Source of the DNA: an uncultured Spirochaetota bacterium
GTDB taxonomy: Bacteria; Spirochaetota; Spirochaetia; Treponematales; Rectinemataceae
Assembly: GCA_963828175.1 (NCBI GenBank)
Contig: CAWHFT010000126.1
Span: 1-58,597 of the forward strand
DNA length: 58,597 bases
Reading direction: 5' to 3'
Below, piece after piece: positions 46,489 to 55,893 of this stretch (the first letter of the stretch is position 1; each line of letters opens with the position of its first letter). Below the pieces are notes generated by a model. The model saw nothing but the letters and a program-made list of their open reading frames with translations, did no database searches and was not told where the DNA came from. The position numbers and the translations under genes are program-made.

Positions 46489-47550
46489 CTAAAGCCTCAG
46501 GCGGTCCCGCGCCGTGGGTAAGACCTCCCGGTTCACCGCCGTCCTGGGCTCGGCCCCGGAGAGGAACTTCGCGAGCTCGGCCGCGAGGAGCTTGGGACAA
46601 TTGTAGAAAGCGTCGTTAGAACCTCCCGCCATGTGGGGAGTGACCGTTACGTTGGGCAGTCGCACGAGCGGATAGTCGGCTCCTGGCGGCTCGAGGTCGA
46701 AGACGTCGAGGGCGGCGCCGGCGATTCGGCCCGCCTCGAGTGCCTCGCACAGGGCCTTTTCGTCGACGAGGGCCGACCTGGACGTATTCACCAAGTAGGC
46801 GGTCCTCTTCATCATGGCGATGAGTTCGCCTCCGATCATGCCTTCGGTCTCCTTGGTGAGCCTCGCGTGGACCGTCACGAAATCCGACTCGGCCATGAGC
46901 CTGGGCAGCGTAACCATCGATACGCCTGCGGGCGGCTCCTTGACGAAGGGGTCGTAGGCGAGTATCTCGACGTCGAAGCCCGAGAGCCGCTTGGCGACCT
47001 TGCGCCCTATCTCGCCGAGGCCGACGATGCCGACAGTCTTGCCCGGCATGTCCGGTATCATGCCCGAGTTGGGATACTCCCTAATCCAACGGCCTTCCTT
47101 GAGGCCGGCGTGCCCTCGGGCTATGTTCCTCGCCTCGGCGAGGAACATCCCGACCGCGAAATCGGCCACGGCGTCGGCGTTCCGGCCCGGGGTGTTGAGG
47201 ACGAGTATGCCTCGGGCGGTCGCCGCGGCGACGTCGACATTCTCGTAGCCGGCGCGCAGCACGCCGAGCACCTTGAGGCTCTTCGCGGCGGCGATGAGGC
47301 CGGCCGAAGCGGGGCAGAACTGGGTGACGAGTATGTCCGCGTCCCGAACCGCCTCGTAGACTTCGGGCGGGGGCTCGTAGGCGGCCGCCCCGCCCTTCTC
47401 GACCTTGAGGTTGATGGCTTGGAGCTCCTGGAAGCCCGAGAGCTTCCAGTCGAAGGTGACGACCTTGACGCCGAGGGCCTCGACCTGGGCGAAGCCTTTC
47501 TTTATGAACTCGTGGGGAATGAAGAGGTCCCCGATCCCTACTAGTTTCAT
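46489..47550 (-). CDS. D-isomer-specific 2-hydroxyacid dehydrogenase family protein
   Basis: GKTVGIVGLGEIGRKVAKRL (NAD fold), LVNTSRSALVD and TPHMAG. The start MKLVGIG follows GGAGGA. Confidence 0.85.
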   Translation of the reverse strand: MKLVGIGDLFIPHEFIKKGFAQVEALGVKVVTFDWKLSGFQELQAINLKVEKGGAAAYEPPPEVYEAVRDADILVTQFCPASAGLIAAAKSLKVLGVLRAGYENVDVAAATARGILVLNTPGRNADAVADFAVGMFLAEARNIARGHAGLKEGRWIREYPNSGMIPDMPGKTVGIVGLGEIGRKVAKRLSGFDVEILAYDPFVKEPPAGVSMVTLPRLMAESDFVTVHARLTKETEGMIGGELIAMMKRTAYLVNTSRSALVDEKALCEALEAGRIAGAALDVFDLEPPGADYPLVRLPNVTVTPHMAGGSNDAFYNCPKLLAAELAKFLSGAEPRTAVNREVLPTARDRLRL

Positions 47551-47567
47551 GCTCAAAATTCCTCCGA

Positions 47568-48323
47568 CTAGCGAGCGATCATTCCGCCCGAGGCGTCGAA
47601 CGTGGCGCCCGTAAAGTAGTCCGCGGCGCCCGAGACGAGGAAGACCGCGAGCCTGGCGACCTCGATCGGCTGGGCGACGCGTCCAATCTGTATCCGCTTC
47701 TCGTAGTAGGCACGATCCGCCTTGAGCGCTTCCGAGGACATGGGTGTGTCGACCATGCCGAGGGCGATGGCGTTCACGTTTATGCCCTTGGCGGCGACCT
47801 CGCGGGAGAGAGAGATCGTGAAGGTCACTACGCCGGACTTGGCCGCCGCGTAGTGAGCGTGTCCGGTCGTGGAGCCGTTGAAGGCCGCCTGCGAGGTGAC
47901 GTTGAGGATCTTGCCCTTCCGGCCCTTCTCCAAGGCCAGCTGCACGAAGCGCTGGCTCGCGAGGAAGACGGCCGTGAGGTTGATGTCGATGGTCCTCCTC
48001 CACTCGTCGAGGCCGATGTCCTTGACGAGGTTGGTGGGCCAGAGCCCGGCGTTGTTCACTAGAATGTCCGCGCTCCCAAAAAGTTCCTCGGCCTTGTCGA
48101 CGAGGGCCGCGCAGTCCTCGGGCCTCGTGAGGTCTGTCCGTATCGCGTGTGCCTTCGTCCCTGCCGCCCGGCAGCGCTCGGCGACGGACTCGGCCCGCGC
48201 GAGGTCGATGTCCGACACGGCCACGTTGGCGCCTTCGGATGCGAGGAGCTCGCATATCGCGCTGCCGACCCCCCCGGCCCCGCCGGTGACGATCGCGTTC
48301 TTTCCCTTCAGTTGCAGATCCAT
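47568..48323 (-). CDS. SDR family oxidoreductase
   Basis: AIVTGGAGGVGSAI, NNAG, NVTSQAAF and YAAAKSGV. Confidence 0.85.
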   Translation of the reverse strand: MDLQLKGKNAIVTGGAGGVGSAICELLASEGANVAVSDIDLARAESVAERCRAAGTKAHAIRTDLTRPEDCAALVDKAEELFGSADILVNNAGLWPTNLVKDIGLDEWRRTIDINLTAVFLASQRFVQLALEKGRKGKILNVTSQAAFNGSTTGHAHYAAAKSGVVTFTISLSREVAAKGINVNAIALGMVDTPMSSEALKADRAYYEKRIQIGRVAQPIEVARLAVFLVSGAADYFTGATFDASGGMIAR

Positions 48324-48351
48324 ACATCGACTCCTTGTCGTTTCGGCGCAG

Positions 48352-49380
48352 TTACGACTGGTTCCTCGTCCTCACGAGTAGATGGTTGAGAACTACGGCT
48401 ATGAGCAGCACGCCAGCCTTCGCGACGACCTGCCAGTACGCCGGTATCACGGTCATGAGACCGGTAGTCACGCACATGATGATGAGGACGCCGACCACGG
48501 TCTTGGCGACCGAGCCCTCGCCGCCGGAGAAGGCGGTGCCGCCCAGGAGGACGACGATGATGCAATCCAGCTCCATGCCGTCGCCCGAAAGGGGGTCTCC
48601 CAGCGACATGAAACTTGCCCTAGCCACGCCCGCGAGGGCGGCGGAGACGCCCACGACGACGTAGAGGATCCAGACGTACTTCACCGCGCTGATGCCCGAA
48701 AGCTCGGCGGCCTTGCGGTTGCCCCCGATCGCCGCGGCGTATTTTCCGAGGATCGTCTTGCGCTGCACGATGACGAGCGCCGCGATGACGAGCAGGGCGA
48801 CGTAGAACGACCAGGGCAGCCCCAGCATGACCGCCTTGCGGCCGTAGAAATTGATCCATGCGGGCATGGGCGCCCCCGGCGCGCTCTTGATGGCGGACAC
48901 TCCGAAAGGCACGATAAGGAGGGCGATGCCCTTGAAGAGGTTGAGCGTGACAAGGGTCGCGATGACCGGCGTGATGCGAAGCTTCATCACCAAAAATCCG
49001 TTGACGCTTCCCATCCCGATGCCGAGGACGATCGCGAGCGCGACCGATAGCGGCATCCCGAGGCCTGAGCGGATCATGAGCGCGTAGATGACGGCGCTGA
49101 GGCTCATCGCGCTGCCGACCGAGAGGTCGATGTAGCCCGAGATCATGAGCAGCGTGAAGGCTCCGCATAAGGTGAGGATGGGCACCGAGATGCGGAACAT
49201 GTTTATGATGCTGTCCGGGTTGAGGAAATGCCCGCGGCCGAAGAACTCGACCTGGCCGAGCTTGGCGACGCTGAACACAGCGACGATGAGGACCAGGAAT
49301 ACATATATGTATACCTTCCTCACGCTCGCGCGGAGGGCGTTGGAGCTCTCTATGCGTTCCCGTAACGATACCCGCTTCAT
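48352..49380 (-). CDS. Sugar ABC transporter permease (RbsC/AraH-like)
   Basis: A polytopic protein with GYIDLSVGS and GGNRKAAELSGI blocks. ATGA overlap with the upstream permease. Confidence 0.85.
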   Translation of the reverse strand: MKRVSLRERIESSNALRASVRKVYIYVFLVLIVAVFSVAKLGQVEFFGRGHFLNPDSIINMFRISVPILTLCGAFTLLMISGYIDLSVGSAMSLSAVIYALMIRSGLGMPLSVALAIVLGIGMGSVNGFLVMKLRITPVIATLVTLNLFKGIALLIVPFGVSAIKSAPGAPMPAWINFYGRKAVMLGLPWSFYVALLVIAALVIVQRKTILGKYAAAIGGNRKAAELSGISAVKYVWILYVVVGVSAALAGVARASFMSLGDPLSGDGMELDCIIVVLLGGTAFSGGEGSVAKTVVGVLIIMCVTTGLMTVIPAYWQVVAKAGVLLIAVVLNHLLVRTRNQS

Positions 49381-50405
49381 CCTCTCCTCCTGTCCAGGGC
49401 GTAGCGCTGAGCGAGGATGGCTATGAAGGTGACGACGGCCTTGAGTATGTACTGCCAGTGCGGCGAGAGGAGGAGGCCTGTCGCGGCCGTCGTTACGACG
49501 GAAAGAATGATGGCTCCGACGAACATGCCGAGCACGGAGCCGAAGCCTCCAGCGATGCTGACGCCTCCCAGGAGAGTCACGACCAGCGCGTCGAATTCGT
49601 AGCCCGTCCCCCGATTCGAAAGCCCCGCCATGTACTCGGAGGCCAAGAGGACGCCCGTTATCGACGCGAGCAGCGCGCTGAGGATAAAAAGCCCGGCAAG
49701 CTCCCTGCCGACCCTTACGCCGGAGAGCCTGGCCGCTTCGCGATTGGCGCCGATGAGGAATACCCGGCGTCCGGGGACGGTGAGCTTCTCGTAGGCGAAT
49801 GCGGCCAGGACGAGGACCACCATGATGAGGACCGAGATCTTGACCGAGGTTCCCGGGACGAAGGTGTTGCCCACGACCCCGAACTCGTTGGGAAGGCTGG
49901 TGTTCCGTTGCGCCCCGTGCGTGACGATCTGGGCGATACCCCGCGCGAGCATCATCGTGCCCAGGGTGATTATGATAGAAGGCACCTTGAGGCGCGCGAT
50001 GAAGAAAGCGTTTATCGCCCCGATGCAGGTGGCGCATGCCACGGCCGCGATGATGGCGACGACGTAGGGCATCCCGAGCCCGTTGGCCAGCTCGTTCGGG
50101 GATACGTTGGCCCCCTGGACGAAGTAGACGGACAGGACTCCAGAGAGCGCGATGACCCCGCCGACGGACATGTCGAAATTGCCGGTGATCAAGAGGAAGG
50201 TGACACCGATTCCCAGGATTATGATGTACCAATTGTTGGTGAGGATGTTGACTATGTTCTTGGGAGTTAAGAAGTTGGGTACTACTATGCAAGCTAGGCC
50301 GAAGATCGCTATGAGGACGCCTACCATGAACAGGCTTATGAATGAATCGTTGCTCATCCTGCTCAGGAAGGTCGAGGGGCGCTTGTCGCTGGATTCCATG
50401 ATCAT
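49377..50405 (-). CDS. Sugar ABC transporter permease (RbsC/AraH-like)
   Basis: GNFDMSVGG and GANREAARLSGV blocks. ATGA overlap with the ATPase gene. Confidence 0.85.
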   Translation of the reverse strand: MIMESSDKRPSTFLSRMSNDSFISLFMVGVLIAIFGLACIVVPNFLTPKNIVNILTNNWYIIILGIGVTFLLITGNFDMSVGGVIALSGVLSVYFVQGANVSPNELANGLGMPYVVAIIAAVACATCIGAINAFFIARLKVPSIIITLGTMMLARGIAQIVTHGAQRNTSLPNEFGVVGNTFVPGTSVKISVLIMVVLVLAAFAYEKLTVPGRRVFLIGANREAARLSGVRVGRELAGLFILSALLASITGVLLASEYMAGLSNRGTGYEFDALVVTLLGGVSIAGGFGSVLGMFVGAIILSVVTTAATGLLLSPHWQYILKAVVTFIAILAQRYALDRRRG

Positions 50406-51892
50406 TCACCGCCCGTGACTATATTGAGGATCTTCTCGCTGTCGAGATCGCATCCGTTCCTCATGGTGGTCTTAATAACGCCGTCGTAGAGGAGGTAGAT
50501 CGTATCGCAGATGTTGACGATCTCCGGCAATTCTGAGGAGAAGAGGATGATCGATTTCCCTTCCTTGGCGAGGCCGCGGACTATCGCGTAGATTTCGCTC
50601 TTGGCCCCCACGTCGATGCCGCGCGTGGGCTCGTCGAGCATGAGCAGGTCCGCCTCCGCGAACAGGCATTTGGAGATTACGACCTTCTGCTGGTTGCCCC
50701 CGGAAAGCTTCGAGACCTCCTTCTCGGCGCTGTTCGTCGCAATCCTGAGCTTGTCGATGTAGTCTCTGGTTATCTTCCTCTCCCTAGCGGCGTCTATGAA
50801 GCCACTGCGGGATATCGCCTTCATGTTCATGGCGGGGATGTTCGCCCGGATCGTGAGGATCGTGAAAAGCCCCTGGGTCCTGCGCTCCTCTGGCACGAGG
50901 GCGATGCCCGCGTCGATCGCCTTGTCGGGGGAGGGCGCCAGCCTCTTTCCCTTGAATAGGATTTCCCCCTCGTAGTCGTCCGCGCCGTAGATCGCCCGCG
51001 CGAGCTCGGTCTTGCCGGCTCCGACTAAGCCGTAGAATCCGACGATCTCGCCCGCGTGGGCATCGAAGGATATGTCGTTCAGCTTCTGGTTGGACAGGTT
51101 GCGCACATGCAGGATGACGTCCTCGCAGGCCTCTTCCTTGGCGCTGTACTGCTCGAATACGGTCTTTCCTATCATCATCTTCACCAGCTCGGAGCGATCC
51201 TTGATCTCGGCGATCGGCTTCGTGCCGATGTGCCCGCCGTCACGCATGACGGTTACGTAGTCTCCCAGCTGGAATATCTCGTCCAGGCGGTGCGAGATGT
51301 AGAGAACGGTGACGCGCTTCTCGCGGAGCCCCTTGATGATCGCGAAGAGCCTCTGTATCTCGCTCTCGGAAATGGCGGCCGTCGGCTCGTCCATGATGAT
51401 GATTTCAGCATCTGTTGCGACGGCCTTGGCTATCTCGACGATCTGCTTCTTCGCGACGCTTAAGCTCCCGACGAGCTGCTTAGGATCGATGGACGGCTCG
51501 ATGCTCTTCATCACCTCGACGATCTTGGCGATCTTATCCGTCTTCCGGAGGAAGCCGAACGTGGTATCCTCCATGCCTAGCGTCAGGTTTTCCTCTACCG
51601 TCAGCTGGTCCACGACGTTCAGCTCCTGGAAGAGTGTGCTGATTCCCTTCTGCTTGGCCTCTTTCGTGGAACGGGCGTAGTACTCCTGGCCGTTCAATAG
51701 GATCTTTCCGCTCGTCCTCTGGTCAGCCCCGGTGAGGATCTTGATGAGGGTGGACTTGCCTGCCCCGTTTTCCCCCACCAGGCAATGGACGCTGTTGCGC
51801 TTTATGTCGAAGCTGACGTTGTTGACGGCCCTGACGCTGGGGAAGTCCTTCACGAGGTCGCGTATCTCCACGACGTTGCCGATCTGTTCCAT
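50402..51892 (-). CDS. Sugar ABC transporter ATP-binding protein with duplicated NBDs (RbsA/MglA-like)
   Basis: Two NBDs: GENGAGKST / IIIMDEPTAA and GLVGAGKTE / LSGGNQQKV / LLMLDEPTRGID. Confidence 0.9.
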   Translation of the reverse strand: MEQIGNVVEIRDLVKDFPSVRAVNNVSFDIKRNSVHCLVGENGAGKSTLIKILTGADQRTSGKILLNGQEYYARSTKEAKQKGISTLFQELNVVDQLTVEENLTLGMEDTTFGFLRKTDKIAKIVEVMKSIEPSIDPKQLVGSLSVAKKQIVEIAKAVATDAEIIIMDEPTAAISESEIQRLFAIIKGLREKRVTVLYISHRLDEIFQLGDYVTVMRDGGHIGTKPIAEIKDRSELVKMMIGKTVFEQYSAKEEACEDVILHVRNLSNQKLNDISFDAHAGEIVGFYGLVGAGKTELARAIYGADDYEGEILFKGKRLAPSPDKAIDAGIALVPEERRTQGLFTILTIRANIPAMNMKAISRSGFIDAARERKITRDYIDKLRIATNSAEKEVSKLSGGNQQKVVISKCLFAEADLLMLDEPTRGIDVGAKSEIYAIVRGLAKEGKSIILFSSELPEIVNICDTIYLLYDGVIKTTMRNGCDLDSEKILNIVTGGE

Positions 51893-51979
51893 GCCCGCCC
51901 TCCGCCGCTATGTAGAGGAGGGCCCCCGCGGAGGGGCCCTCCCGACTCATCGTAGACCGAGATCCCGGCTGGAAGCGGC

Positions 51980-53008
51980 TTATTTCAGCTTCGTGCCGAA
52001 CTCCGTATTGAGCCACTTCACCGTATCGGCGCGCGGCATGGAGTAGTAGGAAATGGTGTAGGCTTTGTAGAAGAATTCCTTCGCGGGCTGAGTGACCTGG
52101 TCCGCGAGCCCGTTCTTGACGTCCATCATGAGCTCGATCCTGCCCTGTCCGGTCTCGATGGGCGGGAGGCCTATGGAGAGCTTGAGGGAGCTGTTGGGAT
52201 CGTAGACCTGCTTGAACTGGACTTCGTCGAAGTCGCAGCTGCAGACGATCTCGGTGAGGGGCACGCCGTTCTTCATCTTGCCGCGGCCGGCCTGGTTGAG
52301 GGCCGCCATAACGCCGACGCAGAGGTCGGAGGACTCGGCGTCGATGAGGTTCACCTCCGGGTGCTGGGCGGCGAGGTCGGTGATGATCTGCTTGGCCGCG
52401 TCCGGACCCTTGCTCGAGTCGAGGCAGCCGAGGTCCTTAGCCTTGGGATCCACGGAAAGGACGCCCTTCACGAAGGGGCCGGTGCGGCCGGACTGGACTT
52501 CGGTGTTGTTTGGCCAGCCGAGCTCTACCATTACGATCGGCTTGTTCGGGAAGGCTTTCTTCCACTGGGTGGCCATCTCGGCGCCCATGGTGAAGGAAAC
52601 GTGCGCCTCGTCGGAGCGGGCGACGGGGATGCCGGTATCGGCGATCGGGCTGAAGAAGGCAGTCATTACGATGCCCTTGCCGATCGCGGCCTCGATGCCG
52701 GGCTTGGCGGCCTCGCCGTCCCAGATGTGCAGCGTCGCCATGTCCATGCCCTGGGCCACGACTTGGTCGATATTGGAGGTCATGAGCTCGCTGTCGGACT
52801 TGCCGTCGAACGCGAACACGTCGGCGCCGTATTTCTCCTTCGCGTACTTCTTGGCGGCCGCGTACTGGGCCTGGTGGAACCCATTGCTCAGGTCCGACAC
52901 GAAAAACGCGATCTTGAGCGGCTTTGCCTGGGCCACCATCGCCGGGACGAATGCTAGGGCCATTGAGATGACCAGCAAGAACACGACTACCCGAGATTTC
53001 TTGTTCAT
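51980..53008 (-). CDS. Periplasmic sugar-binding protein (RbsB-like, family 2)
   Basis: Signal peptide MNKKSRVVVFLLVISMALAFVPAMVAQA. GAGGAGGAGGA lies upstream. Confidence 0.85.
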   Translation of the reverse strand: MNKKSRVVVFLLVISMALAFVPAMVAQAKPLKIAFFVSDLSNGFHQAQYAAAKKYAKEKYGADVFAFDGKSDSELMTSNIDQVVAQGMDMATLHIWDGEAAKPGIEAAIGKGIVMTAFFSPIADTGIPVARSDEAHVSFTMGAEMATQWKKAFPNKPIVMVELGWPNNTEVQSGRTGPFVKGVLSVDPKAKDLGCLDSSKGPDAAKQIITDLAAQHPEVNLIDAESSDLCVGVMAALNQAGRGKMKNGVPLTEIVCSCDFDEVQFKQVYDPNSSLKLSIGLPPIETGQGRIELMMDVKNGLADQVTQPAKEFFYKAYTISYYSMPRADTVKWLNTEFGTKLK

Positions 53009-53076
53009 CTTGTCCTCCTCCTCGATCTGTGGAATCCCAGTATGGATACCCTCCGGGATACCATCATAGCGGCTGT

Positions 53077-53997
53077 CTAGCCGATAAGCTGAGTCTGGAA
53101 TGAGTTTTGACATTTGTCAAGACAAAAATTAAAGGATTTCCACGCGGTATCCGGTTTCGAACTCTCCCGCGGGGAAAGCGAGATAATGCCCTCTTTCTCG
53201 GCGAGCTCGCCCGACGCGTCGCTCATATCGGGTATGCCGTGCCAAGGCTCGACGCAGACGAAAGGCGCGCCGCCGGGCTTCGACCAAACTCCGAGATAAG
53301 GCACGCCGTCCGTAACGACGCGCACCGCTCGCGAGTTGCGGCTGTTCGCGATCGCGAATTCCCGAGATCTCGGATTCTTGAATATCATGATCCCGTCGTC
53401 GAAACAGTGTCGCGTGAGGCTAAGGACTCGGCTGTTCTCCATGGCCTCGGCGGTCTTGCCCGCGACGATCACTCCGTCCTTGAAGAACCAGCGCTCGAGG
53501 TTCTCCTCGAGTTCGAAGAAGACGTAGTAGTTCTCCAGCGCCCCTCCGGCGAATGGGACCACGAAGGCCGGGTGCGAGCCGATAGAGAAGAGCATGCTGG
53601 TCCGTCCGGCGTTCCGGACTATGTAGCGCACGTCGATTCCCGAGCGCGTAAGGGCGAAGATGACGGTCAGGACGAAATCGAAGGGGTACCCAGCGCGGGT
53701 CGCCTCGCTCGAAACGAGCCGCAGCTCCGCCGACTCGGAGTCCGCGCGAGTCACGGTGAACTCGCTTCCACGGGCGAAGCCGTGCGACGGCAGCTTGTAC
53801 GCGCGGCCCTCGTGCCGGTACTCGCCGCCCTTGAGCCCGCCGATGACCGGGAAGAGCAGCGGCGCGGATCCGTTCCACCAGGCCGGGTCGCCGTTCCATA
53901 TGTGTTCTTGGCCGGTAGACGCGTTCGATAGGCTCTTGAGCTCGGCGCCGGTCTCCGCGATGCGCGCGTTCCAGTGCCCGTTGGCGAGGGAGATCAT
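53077..53997 (-). CDS. Aldose 1-epimerase family protein
   Basis: SAPLLFPVIGGL, LPSHGFAR and CVEPWHG blocks. Confidence 0.8.
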   Translation of the reverse strand: MISLANGHWNARIAETGAELKSLSNASTGQEHIWNGDPAWWNGSAPLLFPVIGGLKGGEYRHEGRAYKLPSHGFARGSEFTVTRADSESAELRLVSSEATRAGYPFDFVLTVIFALTRSGIDVRYIVRNAGRTSMLFSIGSHPAFVVPFAGGALENYYVFFELEENLERWFFKDGVIVAGKTAEAMENSRVLSLTRHCFDDGIMIFKNPRSREFAIANSRNSRAVRVVTDGVPYLGVWSKPGGAPFVCVEPWHGIPDMSDASGELAEKEGIISLSPRESSKPDTAWKSFNFCLDKCQNSFQTQLIG

Positions 53998-54006
53998 CAG
54001 TCCCCC

Positions 54007-54816
54007 TTAGTAGCTTCCGCTGCCTTCGGCTCCGGTGACGATCGCCACGCTGGAGACGGCCCCTAGCCGGTTGGCGCCTGCGCCCAGGAATGCGAGGGCC
54101 GTCTTGTACGTTCGTACACCGCCGCTCGCCTTGACGCCCATTTCGCGTCCGACGACGGACCGCATGAGCTGGAGATCCTCTACGGACGCTCCGCCCCCCG
54201 AGAAGCCAGTACAGGTCTTGACGAAATCGGCTCCTGCCTTCTTCGAGATCTCGCAGGCCAGGACCTTCTCCTCCTGCGAGAGCAGGGCCGTCTCGATGAT
54301 GACCTTGAGGATCGTGCCGCCCCGCGTCGCCCGGCGCACGGCGCGGATGTCCTCTTCGACTCCCCGCAGGTCGCCGGACTTGAGCAGGCCGACGTTGATG
54401 ACCATGTCGATCTCGGACGCGCCGTCTTCGATCGCCTCCCGCGTCTCGAAGGCCTTGGAGCGGGAGGTCATCGCACCGAGGGGGAAGCCCACCACGGAGC
54501 AGACCTTGACGCCTGAGCCCTGGAGCTTGCGAGAGACGTAGGCGATCCGGCATGAGTTCACGCAGACGCTGTAGAAGCGGTACTTCAGCGCCTCCTCGCA
54601 GAGCTTGTCGAAGGCCTGAGTCGGGGCCTCGGGGCGGAGCATCGTGTGGTCGATGTACTTGGCGATGTCCGCGGGAGCGAGCGCGGGGACGGCACCTGCG
54701 CTGGTTGCGCCTGACGCAATTGCCGCCGAGGGCGCGGCCGCGGCCGAAGCCGCGGCGGGGCCCACGCGCGCGAGGACTTCCGAGACGATCTTCTCTATTA
54801 GCTGGTTCTGGTCCAT
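54007..54816 (-). CDS. deoC: Deoxyribose-phosphate aldolase with a ~50-aa N-terminal encapsulation-peptide-like extension
   Basis: VVGFPLG, ILKVIIET and DFVKTCTGF (Schiff-base Lys). The N-terminus is MDQNQLIEKIVSEVLARV followed by an Ala/Ser/Pro linker. Confidence 0.9.
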   Translation of the reverse strand: MDQNQLIEKIVSEVLARVGPAAASAAAAPSAAIASGATSAGAVPALAPADIAKYIDHTMLRPEAPTQAFDKLCEEALKYRFYSVCVNSCRIAYVSRKLQGSGVKVCSVVGFPLGAMTSRSKAFETREAIEDGASEIDMVINVGLLKSGDLRGVEEDIRAVRRATRGGTILKVIIETALLSQEEKVLACEISKKAGADFVKTCTGFSGGGASVEDLQLMRSVVGREMGVKASGGVRTYKTALAFLGAGANRLGAVSSVAIVTGAEGSGSY

Positions 54817-54839
54817 CGGGAAACTAAGCCTCCGTTGAG

Positions 54840-55313
54840 TTACGCGTCGGGGTACAGGATGCCCCGCTCGATCGCCGATATTTTATTAATCCGTACCAGA
54901 TGCCGCCCTCCGCCGAACCTGGTTTGAAGCCAGGTGCGCGCCATCTCGGCTAGCTGTCCCGCGTCGTGCAGGGGCCCCCCGAGAGAGAGTACATTGGCGT
55001 CATTGTGCTCGCGGCTGTTGATCACCGTCCGCAGGTCGTAGCAGAGCGCCGCGCGGATGCCCTTGATCTTGTTCGCTGCGATGCAGGAGCCGATTCCGGC
55101 GCCGTCGAGCACGATGCCTCTTTCGCAGTCGCCGCTGACGACGCGCCGGCAGACGGCCACCGCGATGTCGGGGTAGTCCGCGCGCTCGCCGTCGAGGCAG
55201 CCGACGTCCACCACTCGGTAGCCGAGCGTCCGCAGATATGCGGCGAGCGACTCCTTTTGCCCGAACGCGCCGTGGTCGGCTCCGATCGAAACGCTGCGCA
55301 CGAGGTCGCTCAT
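54840..55313 (-). CDS. rpiB: RpiB/LacA/LacB family sugar-phosphate isomerase
   Basis: IGADHGAF, DGAGIGSCIAANK, REHNDANVLSLG and GGRH. Confidence 0.9.
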   Translation of the reverse strand: MSDLVRSVSIGADHGAFGQKESLAAYLRTLGYRVVDVGCLDGERADYPDIAVAVCRRVVSGDCERGIVLDGAGIGSCIAANKIKGIRAALCYDLRTVINSREHNDANVLSLGGPLHDAGQLAEMARTWLQTRFGGGRHLVRINKISAIERGILYPDA

Positions 55314-55600
55314 GGCTCTTTACCCCTGTCCTCTATGTCGACGCGGTCCACGATGCCGCAGATCGCGGTTCGAACGGTCAAGGCCGACTCGTCCCCGATA
55401 ACCCAGCGTGCGGAGCCTCCCTCGTCGACGACCAGGACAAGATCGCCTATCCCGGCCTGCGCGCCGTCGACGGCGAGCATGACCTTACCCTTAGGCGCGC
55501 CGTCGGGGCCCACGGGCCTCACGACCAGCAGCTTTTTACCGACGTAATCGGCGTGCTTTTCCGTCGCCACCACGCTGGCTACGACCCGTCCAAGAGTCAC
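55310..55600 (-). CDS. BMC vertex protein (BMC-P, EutN/CcmL family), paralog 4
   Basis: (M)TLGRVVASVVATEK...LLVVRP...AVDGAQAGIGDLVLVV...AICGIVD. The GTG start overlaps the upstream TGA. Confidence 0.85.
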   Translation of the reverse strand: MTLGRVVASVVATEKHADYVGKKLLVVRPVGPDGAPKGKVMLAVDGAQAGIGDLVLVVDEGGSARWVIGDESALTVRTAICGIVDRVDIEDRGKEP

Positions 55601-55893
55601 GAGGCGCTCCCTCGCGGCTTCGCGCCCGCCGCGTTTACGGCATCCACCACGCCGAGGATGGCGGCGTCCAGCGGATTGAACCAGCCGTTGGGATTCGCCT
55701 GGGCGGCATCCTTGCCGGACTCGAACATCACGAGGTCGCTCTCCCCCGCCCGCGCCACGTCGAAGGCCACGATGGCCGGTCCCTCTTTCCTGCCGGTTTC
55801 GTCCACGGGCTGCACCAAAAGCAGCTTCAGTCCCCGGAAGCACTCGAGGCTCTGCGCGCATACTACCCTGCCGACGACTCTTCCCAGCTTCAT
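55597..55893 (-). CDS. BMC vertex protein (BMC-P, EutN/CcmL family), paralog 3
   Basis: MKLGRVVGRVVCAQS...LLLVQP...AFDVARAGESDLVMF...AILGVVD. ATGA overlap with the aldehyde dehydrogenase gene. Confidence 0.85.
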   Translation of the reverse strand: MKLGRVVGRVVCAQSLECFRGLKLLLVQPVDETGRKEGPAIVAFDVARAGESDLVMFESGKDAAQANPNGWFNPLDAAILGVVDAVNAAGAKPRGSAS

